64,000 bases of DNA from a virus, in IMG/VR virus record IMGVR_UViG_3300047470_000395, positions 32,001 through 96,000 of that record. The stretch is one strand, 5' to 3'. Shown one piece after another: positions 25,050 through 36,200 of the stretch. Each line of letters opens with the position of its first letter. The first letter of the stretch is position 1. Under the pieces are notes generated by a model. It searched no databases. It was not told the DNA's origin and saw nothing but the letters and a program-made list of their open reading frames with translations. The translations under genes were made by a program, and so were the position numbers.

Positions 25050-25574
25050 ATGTCGTTCGTCATCGACCTGGACGCCGAGCGCCGCGAAGTCCAGTACCCC
25101 GACGGCATCCCCGTGAAGTTCGGCGGGGAACAGTTCATCTTCCCGGCAGAGCTGCCAGCGGAAGCTCTCGACCCGATCCTGTCCGACGAGCTGGACCTGG
25201 TCGGCCTCCTGGGCGACGTCCTCGAATCCTCCGACGGCGACGCCGGAATCAAGGAGATCGTCAACGCCCTCTTCCGGCGCCCGTCCCTGCCGCGGAAGTT
25301 CCTCGCCGCGATCCGCGAGACCTACACGATCCTCCTCGGCGACCAGCACGAGGACTTCCTCCGACAGCGCCCGTACATCGGCGACTACGTCCGCCTGACG
25401 ACCGGTCTCACCAAGGTCTACGGGGTGGAACTGGGAAAGCTCTTTCGGTCTGCCGACTCCTCCGAGAACGCTTCGGAGACGTCGAGTCAGACCTTTCCCG
25501 ATACCACCGAGTCGACGCCCGACGAGTCTGGCTCCGCCCCGGACAGCCCGAATTCATCGGCCTCCGACGGCTGA
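25050..25574 (+). CDS. Tail assembly chaperone (gpG-like)
   Basis: Between tail tube and tape measure; contains slippery GGGAAAG. Confidence 0.8.
   Translation: MSFVIDLDAERREVQYPDGIPVKFGGEQFIFPAELPAEALDPILSDELDLVGLLGDVLESSDGDAGIKEIVNALFRRPSLPRKFLAAIRETYTILLGDQHEDFLRQRPYIGDYVRLTTGLTKVYGVELGKLFRSADSSENASETSSQTFPDTTESTPDESGSAPDSPNSSASDG
25433..25439 (+). other. Programmed -1 ribosomal frameshift site giving the gpGT-like product 25050..25879
   Basis: G GGA AAG in the gpG frame; the -1 frame is open to 25879 and has no start of its own. Confidence 0.8.
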
Positions 25575-25871
25575 TCTCCCTCGTCGACGGTCTGCCCGAC
25601 GACTCCCAGGTCCGCTCTGTCCCCTTCGGAGGCTGGAACCGGTACCTCGAGCTCTTGGCGCTGATCGTCGAGGAGATCGGGCTCCTTGCCGCAGACAAGC
25701 GGCGCGAAGAGCCCACCAGCATCGTTCGCCCGCCGCGCTCCGGCACTGCGACGCGCAGCAGCTCCGGCACCACGCCCCAGCCGCCGCAGCCCGCCCCGGA
25801 ACCGCCGGCGTCCCGCATGACCGGCCACAGACAGATGCTCATGGCGGCCATGCAGAGAGGAATGGTCCGTA

Positions 25872-28800
25872 GTGGGTGAGGGCCTGCAGGCCGGTCGCCT
25901 CGACGTGCCGGTCGTCGCCGACCTTTCGGGGTTCGCGGCAAAGCTGCGCGCGGAAGTCGAGTCGGCCGCCGAAGGCCTGGCCGCGAAGATCAAGGTCGAG
26001 ATCGACTCCAAGGGCCTACGGCGACGGCTCAAGGACGTGGTCAAGGAGGCGTCCAAGGGCGTCACCGCGAAGATCCGCGTAGAGATCGACGAAGACCGGT
26101 TCCGTGCCTCCCTGGACGGCATCCGCCGCCGCATCGACGACTCCGGCCTGAACCTTCCCGTCAGGCCGGACGGCGACGGCGACGGCTCGAACCGCGGCGG
26201 TCTACTCGCCGGGCTGCGGAACCTGATCACTGGCGCCCAGGGCGAAGCCGACCGGAACCCCGTCAACGTTCCGGTCAACATGCGGATGCCGGGGCGCGGC
26301 CGCGGCTCCCTGCGCATGCTCGGCATCGGCTCCCTCATCTCCCTGCTCGAGCCCGCGGTCGCCCTGATCGGCCAGTACGGCGCCGGCCTGACAGCCCTCG
26401 TGTCCGCGGCCGCGCCCGCGGTCGGTGTCCTGGGAGCGATACCCGGGCTGATCGCCGCGGCAGGCACCGCAGCTATCGGCACGAAGGTCGCGTTCTCCGG
26501 CTTCGGCGACGCGCTCAAGGAGACGCTGAAGATTCAGCAGCAGCAGGCCGCCGGGACCAAGGTCACCAAGGCCGAGCAGCAGAAGCTCGACCAGGCCCTC
26601 GGCAAGCTGTCGAAGTCGGCGCGGGAGACCGTCACCACGGTCGCGAGCCTGTCCGGTGCCTGGCGGGACATGAAGAAGTCCGTCCAAGAACGCTTCTTCT
26701 CCAAGATCGCCGACGAGGTCAAGCCCCTGTCGGAATCGGTCCTCCCTCTCTTCAAGAAGACCCTCGGCGACAGCGCCTCTCAGATGGGCAACCTCGCCAA
26801 GCGGGGCGCCCAGTTCATGCAGACCGGCGTCTTCCGCAGGGACTTCAAGACGATCGCGGGCACCAACTCCCGCGTCGTCGGCAACCTGACCGATGGCCTG
26901 GCCAACATGGGCCACGCCACCATGGACTTCCTGGTGGCTTCCGGACCGTTCGTCGAGCGGGTCGGTCAGGCCGGCGAGAAGTTCACCCAGTGGGTCCGGG
27001 CCTCCGTGAAGGCGGGCCGGGAAACCGGCAGCCTCGCCAAGTTCTTGGACCACGCCGGGGACAAGGCCGCGCAGCTCGGCAGGACCACCGGCAACCTCAT
27101 CAAGGGACTCGGCGGGGTCGGCAAGGCCGCGATGGACAGCGGTAACGCCCTGCTCGACGGCCTCGAGGGCAGCATGCTGCGCTTCACGCGCTGGGCCAAC
27201 TCCGGCGTGGGCCAGAAGGCCATGCAAAATTTCTTCAGCGACGCGGCCCCTGCGTTCCACGAGGTCAACCTCCTTTTCGGGGACCTCATGCGCGGGCTCG
27301 GCCGGTCCATGAAGGACGGCGGGATCACCGACCTCGTACGGCAGATCCGCACGGAACTGATGCCCGCCCTCGGTTCGTTCTTCAACGCCATCGGCCACAG
27401 CGTCGGGCCAGCGGTCATCTCCGTGATCTCGAACCTCGCCACGGCGATCGGGAACGTCTCGGCGGCGGGAAGCGGGCTCGCTGTACTGCTCGTGACCTTC
27501 AACGGGCTGCTGCAGATTTTCAACGGGGTCATGCGCGTGATCCCCGGGGCGAACACGGCACTTGCTGTGTTCCTGGGCACGATGCTCGCCCTCAAGGTGG
27601 TCAGCGGCGTCGCCACGATGCTGCGCGGCTTCGGCACCTCCGTCACCGCCGCGGGCACCTCCGTGCGCACGCTCGGCACCACCATGCGGGGCACGATGGG
27701 CGCTGGCGTCCTCGGCCCGCAGATCACCATGTGGCAGCGGATGGGGCTCGCCTACCAGGGCGCCGCCTCGCAGGGTGGCCGCCTCACCGGGACGCTGCGC
27801 GGGATCGGCGCGGCCAACCGTGTCGCCTCCCGGGCCCTCGGCGGCATCACGTCCGCTCTCGGCGGCCCGCTCGGCATCGCCATCGCTGGCGTCACGATCG
27901 GTCTCGGCTTGCTCGCCTCCAAGCAGGAGGCCGCAGCCCGCGCCGCGGCCGCGCACGAGGAGCGCGTCAACTCCCTCGCGCAGGCCCTGGCGGACTCCAA
28001 CGGCCAGATCGACGCCAACGTTCGCGCCCAGGCCGCGCAGTACCTCCAGGAAATCAAGCTCTCCGATGGCAAGGGCAAGCTCGTCGACGTCATGCGGGAC
28101 GCCGGCGTGAACCTCAAGTCGGTCACGGACGCCTACCTGCAGCAGGGCGGCTCAATCGACGGGCTGCAGAAGAAGCTGACCGGGCTCGCCGATGCCACCA
28201 AGCACTACGTGAACTACGCCGGTGACAAGGCGTCCAAGCTCGAGTACACGCCGCAGGGCGAGAAGTACAAGGCCGCGGCCGACGCCCTCGGGGCGATGAG
28301 TGGCGAGCTGGACAAGTCACGGAAGAAGCAGAAGGAACTAGACCAGGCGGTCAACGGCTCGGCTACTACCGGCACGACGTCGTACGACCGTCTGAATTCC
28401 GCCGTCCAGGGCTTCACCGACAAGACCAAGAGCGCGGACGAGCGAGTCGACGCCCTCAAGCGCGCTCTCAACGAGCTGCAGGGCAACACCCAGTCGTTCC
28501 ACGACGCCGAGACCCAGCTCAACGCCGTGATGCTCCAGATCGACGACACGATGAAGGAGAACATCGACCACGCCGACGGCTGGGGCAAGAAGCTCGTCGA
28601 CAACGACGGGTTGGTCAACACCGCGTCCAAGAACGGGCAGACCCTCAACTCGCAGCTCACGGACCTGCGAGACGGCATGCTCGGCGTGGCTACCCGGGCG
28701 CAGGAAGCCGCGGAGCAGGGCCTCATGCCCATGTCCGAAGCAATGAGCAAGAGCCAGAAGGCGATGGAGCAGGCCCGCGCGAAGGCCATTCAACTCGCCA

Positions 28801-29915
28801 CGGACATGGGCATCCCCAAGGAGCAGGCCAAGGCGCTTGCCGATCAGATGGGGTTCATCCCGGACACCGTCACCACCCTGATCACGGCCCAGGGCATCCC
28901 GGAGGCGACCGCGGAGTTCCTGAGCCTGCGCAGCACCCTGGAGAAGATCCCCGCAGGCAAGGGCGTCCAGATCAAGGCGCCCACGTTTGAGGCCCGCACT
29001 CAGATCGAAGCCCTCGGCTTCAAGGTGCAGCGCATCCCCGGCAGCAAGAACATCGTGGTCACGGCCCCGACCAAGGGCGCGCGCATCAACATCGGCGCCC
29101 TCGCCGCGGACATCGCCAACGCCCCGGACAAGAAGAAGGTCACCGTCCAGGCGATTATCAAGCAGGCCGCCGGCGACCTGAAGAACGTCCAACAGAAGGT
29201 CGCGGGCCTGCCCAAGGGCAAGTCCATCGAGGTCAAGACACCCACGAAGACGGCCCAGGCCGCGCTCAAGGACCTCGGTTACAAGATCAAGACCGTCGAC
29301 GGTTCGCACGGCAAGACCGTCAAGATCACCGCCCCGAACAAGACGCCCATCCAGCAGGTGCAGGCGATCCAGGGGAAGATCAACGGCCTTACCGGCAAGA
29401 CCGTCCACGTCACCGTCAAGTACTCGACGCTGGGCAAGCCGTACGTCTCCCCGAAGGCAGACGGCGGGATCGTCCAATACGCCAACGGTGGCATCCGCCG
29501 CATGGCAGGCCGAGTGAAGGCCTTCGCGAACGGCGCGGAGCAGCACATCGCGCAGATCGCGCAGGCAGGCGAGATGCGCCTGTGGGCGGAGCCCGAGACC
29601 GGCGGGGAGGCCTACATCCCGCTGGCTCCGGGCAAGCGCCGCCGCTCCGAGGCGATCCTCGATCGGGTCGCAGAGATGTTCGGCGGCCGCGTCGTCTACT
29701 TCGCCAACGGCGCGATGCGCCAGTACGCACAGGGCGCCGTACGGACGCGCGCCTCCACCGTCCGGCAGCGAGCGGCGGCCGCGCAGGCGGCGGGAGCGCT
29801 CGTCGGCGGTGACCTCAACCTGAACATCGGTGCGGTCGCATCGACTGGAACCGCCCTGGAGGACGCCATGTTCGAGCTGCGCCGTATCCGACTCGGAGGG
29901 GGAGCCAATGCGTGA
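25872..29915 (+). CDS. Tape measure protein
   Basis: 1347 aa, Ala/Gly-rich helical; C-terminal FANG...WAEPETGGEAYIPL motif. Confidence 0.9.
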   Translation: MGEGLQAGRLDVPVVADLSGFAAKLRAEVESAAEGLAAKIKVEIDSKGLRRRLKDVVKEASKGVTAKIRVEIDEDRFRASLDGIRRRIDDSGLNLPVRPDGDGDGSNRGGLLAGLRNLITGAQGEADRNPVNVPVNMRMPGRGRGSLRMLGIGSLISLLEPAVALIGQYGAGLTALVSAAAPAVGVLGAIPGLIAAAGTAAIGTKVAFSGFGDALKETLKIQQQQAAGTKVTKAEQQKLDQALGKLSKSARETVTTVASLSGAWRDMKKSVQERFFSKIADEVKPLSESVLPLFKKTLGDSASQMGNLAKRGAQFMQTGVFRRDFKTIAGTNSRVVGNLTDGLANMGHATMDFLVASGPFVERVGQAGEKFTQWVRASVKAGRETGSLAKFLDHAGDKAAQLGRTTGNLIKGLGGVGKAAMDSGNALLDGLEGSMLRFTRWANSGVGQKAMQNFFSDAAPAFHEVNLLFGDLMRGLGRSMKDGGITDLVRQIRTELMPALGSFFNAIGHSVGPAVISVISNLATAIGNVSAAGSGLAVLLVTFNGLLQIFNGVMRVIPGANTALAVFLGTMLALKVVSGVATMLRGFGTSVTAAGTSVRTLGTTMRGTMGAGVLGPQITMWQRMGLAYQGAASQGGRLTGTLRGIGAANRVASRALGGITSALGGPLGIAIAGVTIGLGLLASKQEAAARAAAAHEERVNSLAQALADSNGQIDANVRAQAAQYLQEIKLSDGKGKLVDVMRDAGVNLKSVTDAYLQQGGSIDGLQKKLTGLADATKHYVNYAGDKASKLEYTPQGEKYKAAADALGAMSGELDKSRKKQKELDQAVNGSATTGTTSYDRLNSAVQGFTDKTKSADERVDALKRALNELQGNTQSFHDAETQLNAVMLQIDDTMKENIDHADGWGKKLVDNDGLVNTASKNGQTLNSQLTDLRDGMLGVATRAQEAAEQGLMPMSEAMSKSQKAMEQARAKAIQLATDMGIPKEQAKALADQMGFIPDTVTTLITAQGIPEATAEFLSLRSTLEKIPAGKGVQIKAPTFEARTQIEALGFKVQRIPGSKNIVVTAPTKGARINIGALAADIANAPDKKKVTVQAIIKQAAGDLKNVQQKVAGLPKGKSIEVKTPTKTAQAALKDLGYKIKTVDGSHGKTVKITAPNKTPIQQVQAIQGKINGLTGKTVHVTVKYSTLGKPYVSPKADGGIVQYANGGIRRMAGRVKAFANGAEQHIAQIAQAGEMRLWAEPETGGEAYIPLAPGKRRRSEAILDRVAEMFGGRVVYFANGAMRQYAQGAVRTRASTVRQRAAAAQAAGALVGGDLNLNIGAVASTGTALEDAMFELRRIRLGGGANA

Positions 29916-30951
29916 CGGCGAATGGGTCCTCGGCTACTCCCCTTATGACAACTACCCGGGCGCGTCGCTGACGTTCGGCCGCGAGAGGTCCGGCATCTAC
30001 TGCCTGAGCGAGCCGGACGTCACGTTCGCCGACATGGACCTTTCCGACGCGGCTTTGCCCGGCGAGGACGGTATCCGCATGGGCCGCGACTACCAGCGGA
30101 ACGCCACGGTCACGTTCGAGCTGGGCGTCGACGGCGTAGGGGGACCGATTGACCGGCACTGGCCCATGCGCCCGTGGACGCGAGGGACCCGGGTCGGTGA
30201 CTGGACCGACATCGAGGCGGTGCTCGCCGCCTACAACAAGAAGGACCAGGGGCCGCATCAGTGGGGACTCGACGGCCTGAACATGCTGCGGCAGGTGTGG
30301 CGGGCCGACTCCACCCGTGGGAAGGCCGGCCGCGTCGCCTGGCTCGTACACAGCTCCGGAGGGCGCACCCGCCAGATGTACGGGCGCCCGAGGAAGTTCG
30401 CTGTCTCCCATTCCCGGCTGAGCCGCCAGGGGTACACGCCCGTCGTCTGCGAGTTCGTCGCCGTCGACGATCGCTTCTACGAGCAGACAGAGAAAGAGGT
30501 CGAGCTCTACGACCACCTGTTCCTTGGACTGCCGCCGCGGCCCGGCCGAGTGTCGGGCGGCGGCTGGCTGTTCCAGTCGAAGAAGACCGCGTCATTCCAG
30601 CAGCGCGGCACGCTCAACACGTACCCGTACATCGAGATCCACGGGCCGTGTAAGAACCCGAAGGTCACGCTGACCCCGGAACTGTGGGCGGTGCAGCTCA
30701 ACATGACGATCGGCGTCGACGAGCACGTCACCATCGACGCCCGCCCGTGGGCGCGGACGGTCACTCACTACAAGGGCTCGACGTCGAAGTCGGTGGCGGA
30801 CAAGCTGACGCGGTCGAGTCCGCGGCTGTCGCAGATGTTCATCCCGCCCGGGTACTGGACGGCTTCGCTGGCCTACACGAAGTCGACGGTCCGCGCGTTC
30901 GAGGGGCCGCGGATCCGGATCGCCTATCGCGACGCGTACTCCTGGTGGTGA
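29908..30951 (+). CDS. Distal tail (Dit-like) protein
   Basis: Directly after tape measure; PGEDGIRMGRDY, YGRPRKF, YPYIEIHGP. Confidence 0.7.
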   Translation: MRDGEWVLGYSPYDNYPGASLTFGRERSGIYCLSEPDVTFADMDLSDAALPGEDGIRMGRDYQRNATVTFELGVDGVGGPIDRHWPMRPWTRGTRVGDWTDIEAVLAAYNKKDQGPHQWGLDGLNMLRQVWRADSTRGKAGRVAWLVHSSGGRTRQMYGRPRKFAVSHSRLSRQGYTPVVCEFVAVDDRFYEQTEKEVELYDHLFLGLPPRPGRVSGGGWLFQSKKTASFQQRGTLNTYPYIEIHGPCKNPKVTLTPELWAVQLNMTIGVDEHVTIDARPWARTVTHYKGSTSKSVADKLTRSSPRLSQMFIPPGYWTASLAYTKSTVRAFEGPRIRIAYRDAYSWW

Positions 30952-30954
30952 GCA

Positions 30955-30985
30955 CGCGACAGTAGGCGCCGCGGCCGCCCACTCT
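30955..30985 (+). promoter_or_regulatory. Putative late promoter
   Basis: CGCGACAGTAGGC...CACTCT. Confidence 0.6.
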
Positions 30986-31015
30986 CTCCTCTCCCTTATG
31001 GAGAAGGAGAACGGC

Positions 31016-31984
31016 ATGACGTGGGACGGCATCCCCTGGTTCGTCGAGGGCACCGCAGCGTCCGAGGAGACGATGCGCCTGATCGTCGAGGCGGCCGTGT
31101 CTGGCGGAGAGGGCGTCATCGGCCCCGCTGACCTCCTGGTGACGGCGCTGGACGCCCCGGCCGGCGCGGTCCAGGTGGCACCGGGGGCCATAGTGGCGAA
31201 GCGCCGCGCGGCCGCGGGCGGCGGGAACCAGTCCTACGCGGCACGGATGCCCACGCTTGAGCAGGTGGACATCGAGCCGACTGCCGCCGACGGAGGCAGG
31301 TCGGATCTGATCATCGCCAGGGTGGAGGACCCCTACGGCGGGGAGACTTGGCCGGCGCCCGAAGACCCGACGGTCGGCCCGTACGTCTTCACCCGAGTCA
31401 TCCCCGACGTGCCGCAAGGCACCACGAGCATCCTCGACATCGACCCCGACTCCACCGCCATCACCCTGGCCCGGGTCGACGTGCCAGCGGGGACGACCAA
31501 CATCACCGCTGGCATGGTCACCAACCTGCGGCAAATCGCGCGGCCGCGGGCGCAGGCCTCGCGTCGGTACCTGCCCGGCGCCTGGTCGACCCCGGACGAC
31601 GTCGGCCCCATCACCGACGGGTGGGAGATGTTCCCGCTCGGTGCGACGTGGACGGAGAAGGTGCCGGAGTGGGCGACGCACGTGGCCGTGCACGTGTCCA
31701 TCACGGGCCTGCTCCACCCCGACGCGACGGAGGCCCGCGGCCAGGTACGGGTGTCCTTCGGCGAGCAGCACGGGGTGGGCATGCCGTACGGGGCCACCCA
31801 GGCGGGCCGGCTCGCCGTCCAGGCCGGGCACAAGTTCCTCCTCGACCCGGCCGACCGCGGGCAGATGCGGGACATCGACATCGAGGGCATCGGCACCGCG
31901 GGCTTCACCGGTGTGCTGCGCGCCGACGCGTACACGGTGCTGTCGCTCGAGGTGACCTACTCGCAAGAGCCGGTGAGTGCCTGA
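31016..31984 (+). CDS. Minor tail / baseplate protein
   Basis: AAGGAG RBS; RSDLIIARVEDP...ITLARVDVPAGTTNITAGMVTNLR pattern of actinophage minor tail proteins. Confidence 0.7.
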   Translation: MTWDGIPWFVEGTAASEETMRLIVEAAVSGGEGVIGPADLLVTALDAPAGAVQVAPGAIVAKRRAAAGGGNQSYAARMPTLEQVDIEPTAADGGRSDLIIARVEDPYGGETWPAPEDPTVGPYVFTRVIPDVPQGTTSILDIDPDSTAITLARVDVPAGTTNITAGMVTNLRQIARPRAQASRRYLPGAWSTPDDVGPITDGWEMFPLGATWTEKVPEWATHVAVHVSITGLLHPDATEARGQVRVSFGEQHGVGMPYGATQAGRLAVQAGHKFLLDPADRGQMRDIDIEGIGTAGFTGVLRADAYTVLSLEVTYSQEPVSA

Positions 31985-33183
31985 TGGCCTGGCGGTACAT
32001 CGCGATGCGCGCGGTGTCCGGCGATTTCCTCGACTGGGACGTCCCGTTCGTCGCCGACTCCCCGCCCAAGCGGGAGCTGAACGGGCCCGGCCAGATGACA
32101 GGGAAGATCGCACCGGAGTACATGCGGCTGATGGCCAAGCCCGACGGCCTGCCCGTCCTCGCCGAGTGGTCCACCGCTCTGTTCGCCGAGTTCGAGGGCC
32201 GTATCCGGTGGGGCGGACTGATCACGAACATCGCCTTCGAGGGCCAGGCGATGAAGGTCACGTGTGCTGGCTACACCGCCTACCCCAACGGCATCCCCTA
32301 CCTCGGTTCCGTGATCCGCTCCGGCGCCAAGATCGCCCAGAAGTGGGCGTACGACGGGAAAGACAAGAACCACGACGGCTACATCGACGGCACCCACCCC
32401 AAGAAGAAGATGCCGAAGAAGCCCAAAGGCAAGGTCAGTACCCGGTGGGACGCGTACGACATCGTCCGAACCATCTGGGCCCACCTGCAGGACTACAAGA
32501 TGGGCAAGCTGGGCGTCACCCTCGACAAGCACGACTCCGGTTACAAGCTCGGCGCCTCGAGCGGCGAGGACCCGTGGGAACTGCTGTGGTGGGACAGCCC
32601 CGACTGTGGCTCCACGATCACCGACGTGATGAACCTTGCGAAGGGCGATTTCCTCGAGCGGCATTACTGGGACGGCTCGAAGGAGAAGATCCTCCATCAC
32701 ATCGACCTGGGCACCAGGCGCCTCGGCAAGGCCCGCAACGACCTGCGATTTGCCCAGGGCGAGAACATCATCGAGATCGCGACCCCCAACTACCAGGGCG
32801 ATTTTTTCGCGAACAACGTCTACGTGCTGGGGAAGGGGTCGGGGCAGAAGACGGCCCGGGTCCGTGTCGTCGTCGACGACAAGCGGCTGCGTCGCGCCCG
32901 GATCATCGCCCACAAGAGCACCGCGAACGCGAAGTCGCTGACCGAGTACGGCAAGAAGGAGCGGGCCAGGCACTCGGAACAGCTCACGATCCCGTCCATC
33001 GCGGTCCGCCACCACCCCAACGCCCCGCTCGGCTCGTGGGCGCTCGGCGACCGCATCCTCGTCCAGGTCGACATCCCGTGGGTGGGCGAACTCGCCATCT
33101 GGCACCGCGTCGTGTCCGAGGAGATCGACCCGGCCGCCGGCACCGCGGTCCTGTCGCTGACCCGCAGCGACTTCTACGGCTGA
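31984..33183 (+). CDS. Tail hub/Tal-like minor tail protein
   Basis: ELNGPG, IRWGGLI, LRFAQGENI, NNVYVLGKG, LGDRILV. Confidence 0.7.
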   Translation: MAWRYIAMRAVSGDFLDWDVPFVADSPPKRELNGPGQMTGKIAPEYMRLMAKPDGLPVLAEWSTALFAEFEGRIRWGGLITNIAFEGQAMKVTCAGYTAYPNGIPYLGSVIRSGAKIAQKWAYDGKDKNHDGYIDGTHPKKKMPKKPKGKVSTRWDAYDIVRTIWAHLQDYKMGKLGVTLDKHDSGYKLGASSGEDPWELLWWDSPDCGSTITDVMNLAKGDFLERHYWDGSKEKILHHIDLGTRRLGKARNDLRFAQGENIIEIATPNYQGDFFANNVYVLGKGSGQKTARVRVVVDDKRLRRARIIAHKSTANAKSLTEYGKKERARHSEQLTIPSIAVRHHPNAPLGSWALGDRILVQVDIPWVGELAIWHRVVSEEIDPAAGTAVLSLTRSDFYG

Positions 33184-33189
33184 CCAGGC

Positions 33190-33220
33190 CGCGACACTAA
33201 CCCCTTCTCCCCTCCACTCT
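33190..33220 (+). promoter_or_regulatory. Putative late promoter for the tail fibre gene
   Basis: CGCGACACTAACC...CACTCT. Confidence 0.65.
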
Positions 33221-33273
33221 CCCGCCCTGCCCCGGATATCCCGGCGGCCGCGGAGAGATGGAGGGGAGGACGG

Positions 33274-36200
33274 GTGTCGTCCTTCAACCTGGACGAGCGG
33301 GAGAAGGCCAAGCAGTTCGCGTCCTACTTCAAGCAGCTCGAGGACCGCCTGGCCGCGCTCGAGCGCTCTAACCAGCTCAACAACGCGAGCATCGAGGGCG
33401 GCGCCCTCGACATCTACGACGAGGACGGCGCCCTCAAGGGCTCCGTCGGCGTGCAGGACGACGGCACGGTGGCCTTGGTCCCCCACCCGGAGAACACCGA
33501 CCCGCCCCCCACACCGTCCGCGCCGACCGTCGATTCCGCCCTGGCGGGGCTGGACATCACATGGTCCGGCCAGTGGGCCAACTCCGAGACCGCGCCCAAC
33601 GACTTCGCCCTGGTCCAGGTCCACGTCGGCACACCCGCCGACTTCACCCCGAACGCCGCCACCCAGGTCTCGCAGATCAACGACGTGACCGGCGGCAAGA
33701 CGACTGTGCACATCGAGGGCTACGACCCGGTGTGGGTGCGCCTGGTCGCTGTGAACACCGCGGCGCTGGCGGGTGATCCGTCGGACGCGGTGCAGGGGCA
33801 GGCGAGGCAGGCCGTCGGCCAGGACCTGATCGACAACATCATCACTGACGTCAAGATCGCGAACGAGGCGATCACCGAGGCCAAGATCGCCTTGTCGGCT
33901 GTGACCAGCGACAAGATTGCGGCCGGCTCGGTGAACGAGCTGCTCCTGGCCGACGACGCGGTCACCGCGGCGAAGCTCGCGGCCGCTTCCGTGGGGACGG
34001 TCGCCCTCGCCGATGGCGCGGTGCTGGCGGCCAAGCTCGCCGACAACGCGGTCACGCAAGCCAAGGTGGCGGCGAACGCGGTTACGGAACTCGCCCTCGC
34101 GAACTCGGCGGTCACCTCGGCGAAGGTGGCCGTGGGTGCGATCGACTCCACGCGGATCGCGGACGCGGCCGTCACGGCGGTGAAGATCGGGCAGAACGCG
34201 GTCACCGCGGCGAAGCTGGCCGACGGCGCCGTGGGCGTGCTGGCCCTGGCGGATTCCGCGGTCACCTCGGCGAAGGTGGCCGTGGGTGCGATCGACTCCA
34301 CGCGGATCGCGGACGCGGCCGTCACGGCAGTGAAGATCGGGCAGAACGCGGTCACCGCGGCGAAGCTGGCCGACGGCGCCGTGGGCGTACTGGCCCTGGC
34401 GGATTCCGCGGTCACCTCGGCCAAGGTCGCTGTCAACGCGATCGACTCCACGAAGATCACGGACGCTGCTGTGACAGCGGCAAAGATCGGCGCGGCCGCG
34501 GTCACCACAGGCAAACTCGCCGCCCAGGCCGTCACGCTCGCCAACCTGTCCGGGGCGCTCGCCGACGTCGCCTCCCAGCGGTGGGTCGACACGATGGGTG
34601 ACCCGTCCACCTGGACGGTGGCCGCCCTCAGTACCGGCGGCGCCTTCGACTTCCTCACCGGCATCACCGACGCCCAGACCGGACAGACCGTCGGCCAGGC
34701 CACCGGATTCGCCCGGCTACGCGGCAACACCCTGATCCCGTACGACCCCGACGTCCTCTATCGCATCTCCGCCCGCGTCCGGATGCCGCAGGCCAGCACC
34801 TCCGACGCGGTCTATGTCGGCGTCCTCGGCATCGGCGCGGACGGCGTGACGCTGGTCAACCGCGACGGCTCCAACTCCGTGAACAGCCACTACTACCCGG
34901 CTGCGTCCGGGAAGGCCGTCGCGAACTCGGACGGCTGGGTCACGGTCGTCGGGTTCATGAAGGGCCGGGCCGCCTCTGGTGTCTCGGGCAGTGCCGGCCC
35001 GAACAACGACCCACGCTCCGCGGGCCTGGTGAACGCGGGCGTGCGGTTCATCAGCCCGTACATCTGGCTCAACTACAACCAGCAGTCCAGCGGGTCCTCG
35101 AAGATGCAGATGGACTACGTCGCGATCGAGGCCCTGAAAACCGGCGTGGTCGACACGATCAACCTGTCGTCCGGCGCGGTCACGGCCCCGGCCATCGCGA
35201 CGGACGCTGTGATCGCCGGAAAGATCGCGGCCGACGCCATCACCGCGCGGGAACTTGCGGCGAACTCGGTCACGGCCGCGGAGCTCTCCGCCGGGTCGGT
35301 CACGGCGGCCGCCATCGCGGCGGGAACCATCACGGCCGGGCAGCTCGCCGCGAACTCCGTCACCGCGACGCAGATAGCCGCGGGCAGCGTGCAGACGGCG
35401 GCCCTGGCCGCCGACGCCGTGGCGGCCGGAAAGATCGCGGCCGACGCCATCACCGCGCGAGAGTTGGCCGCGAACTCGGTGACGGCCGCGGAGCTCTCCG
35501 CCGGGTCGGTCACGGCGGCCGCCATCGCGGCGGGAACCATCACGGCCGGGCAACTGGCCGCGAACTCCGTCACCGCGACGCAGATAGCCGCGGGGGCGGT
35601 GCAGGCTGGAGCCCTGGCCGCCGACGCCGTGGCGGCCGGCAAGGTGGCCGCGGACGCGATCACCGCGCGGGAGCTCGCCGCGGGGTCGGTCACGGCCTCC
35701 GAGATATCCGCCGGCTCCGTCACCGCCAACGCCATTGCCGCCGGATCGGTCACCACGGACAAGCTGACCGTCGTAGCGGGCTCCAACGTCCTCAACGATC
35801 CCAGTTTCGAGGGCGCCTACGCCGCCTCGGTGGCCGCAAAGTTCTCCTCGTACGTCGCCCAGGACCTCACGTTCGGCAACGGCTCGGCGGCCAGCCTGAA
35901 GTTCACGACGGACGGCACCGCAGCCTGGCGCGCGGCCGAGCTCGCACTCCTGACGATCCTCCCCGGGGACCAGCTCCACATCGGCGTCGACTACTACGCC
36001 TCGACGAACTGGGTCGGCGCTGGTGGCGAGATCAACATTCAGATCCGGTGGGAGTCCGAGGGCGGCACCATCCTGTCGTACAGCAAGACCGACAGCCGTA
36101 CGACCGCGCCCACCCTCGGCGCGTGGACGCGACTGCAGGGCACCTACACCGCTCCCGCCACCGCTGTACGCGCCCGCATCCGTATCGAGACCGGCCTGGT

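Noticed and set aside
34111-35634. Fibre repeats as a diversity-generating retroelement TR/VR pair
   Set aside because: Repeats are tandem and in-frame, differences are not adenine-specific, and no reverse transcriptase is present
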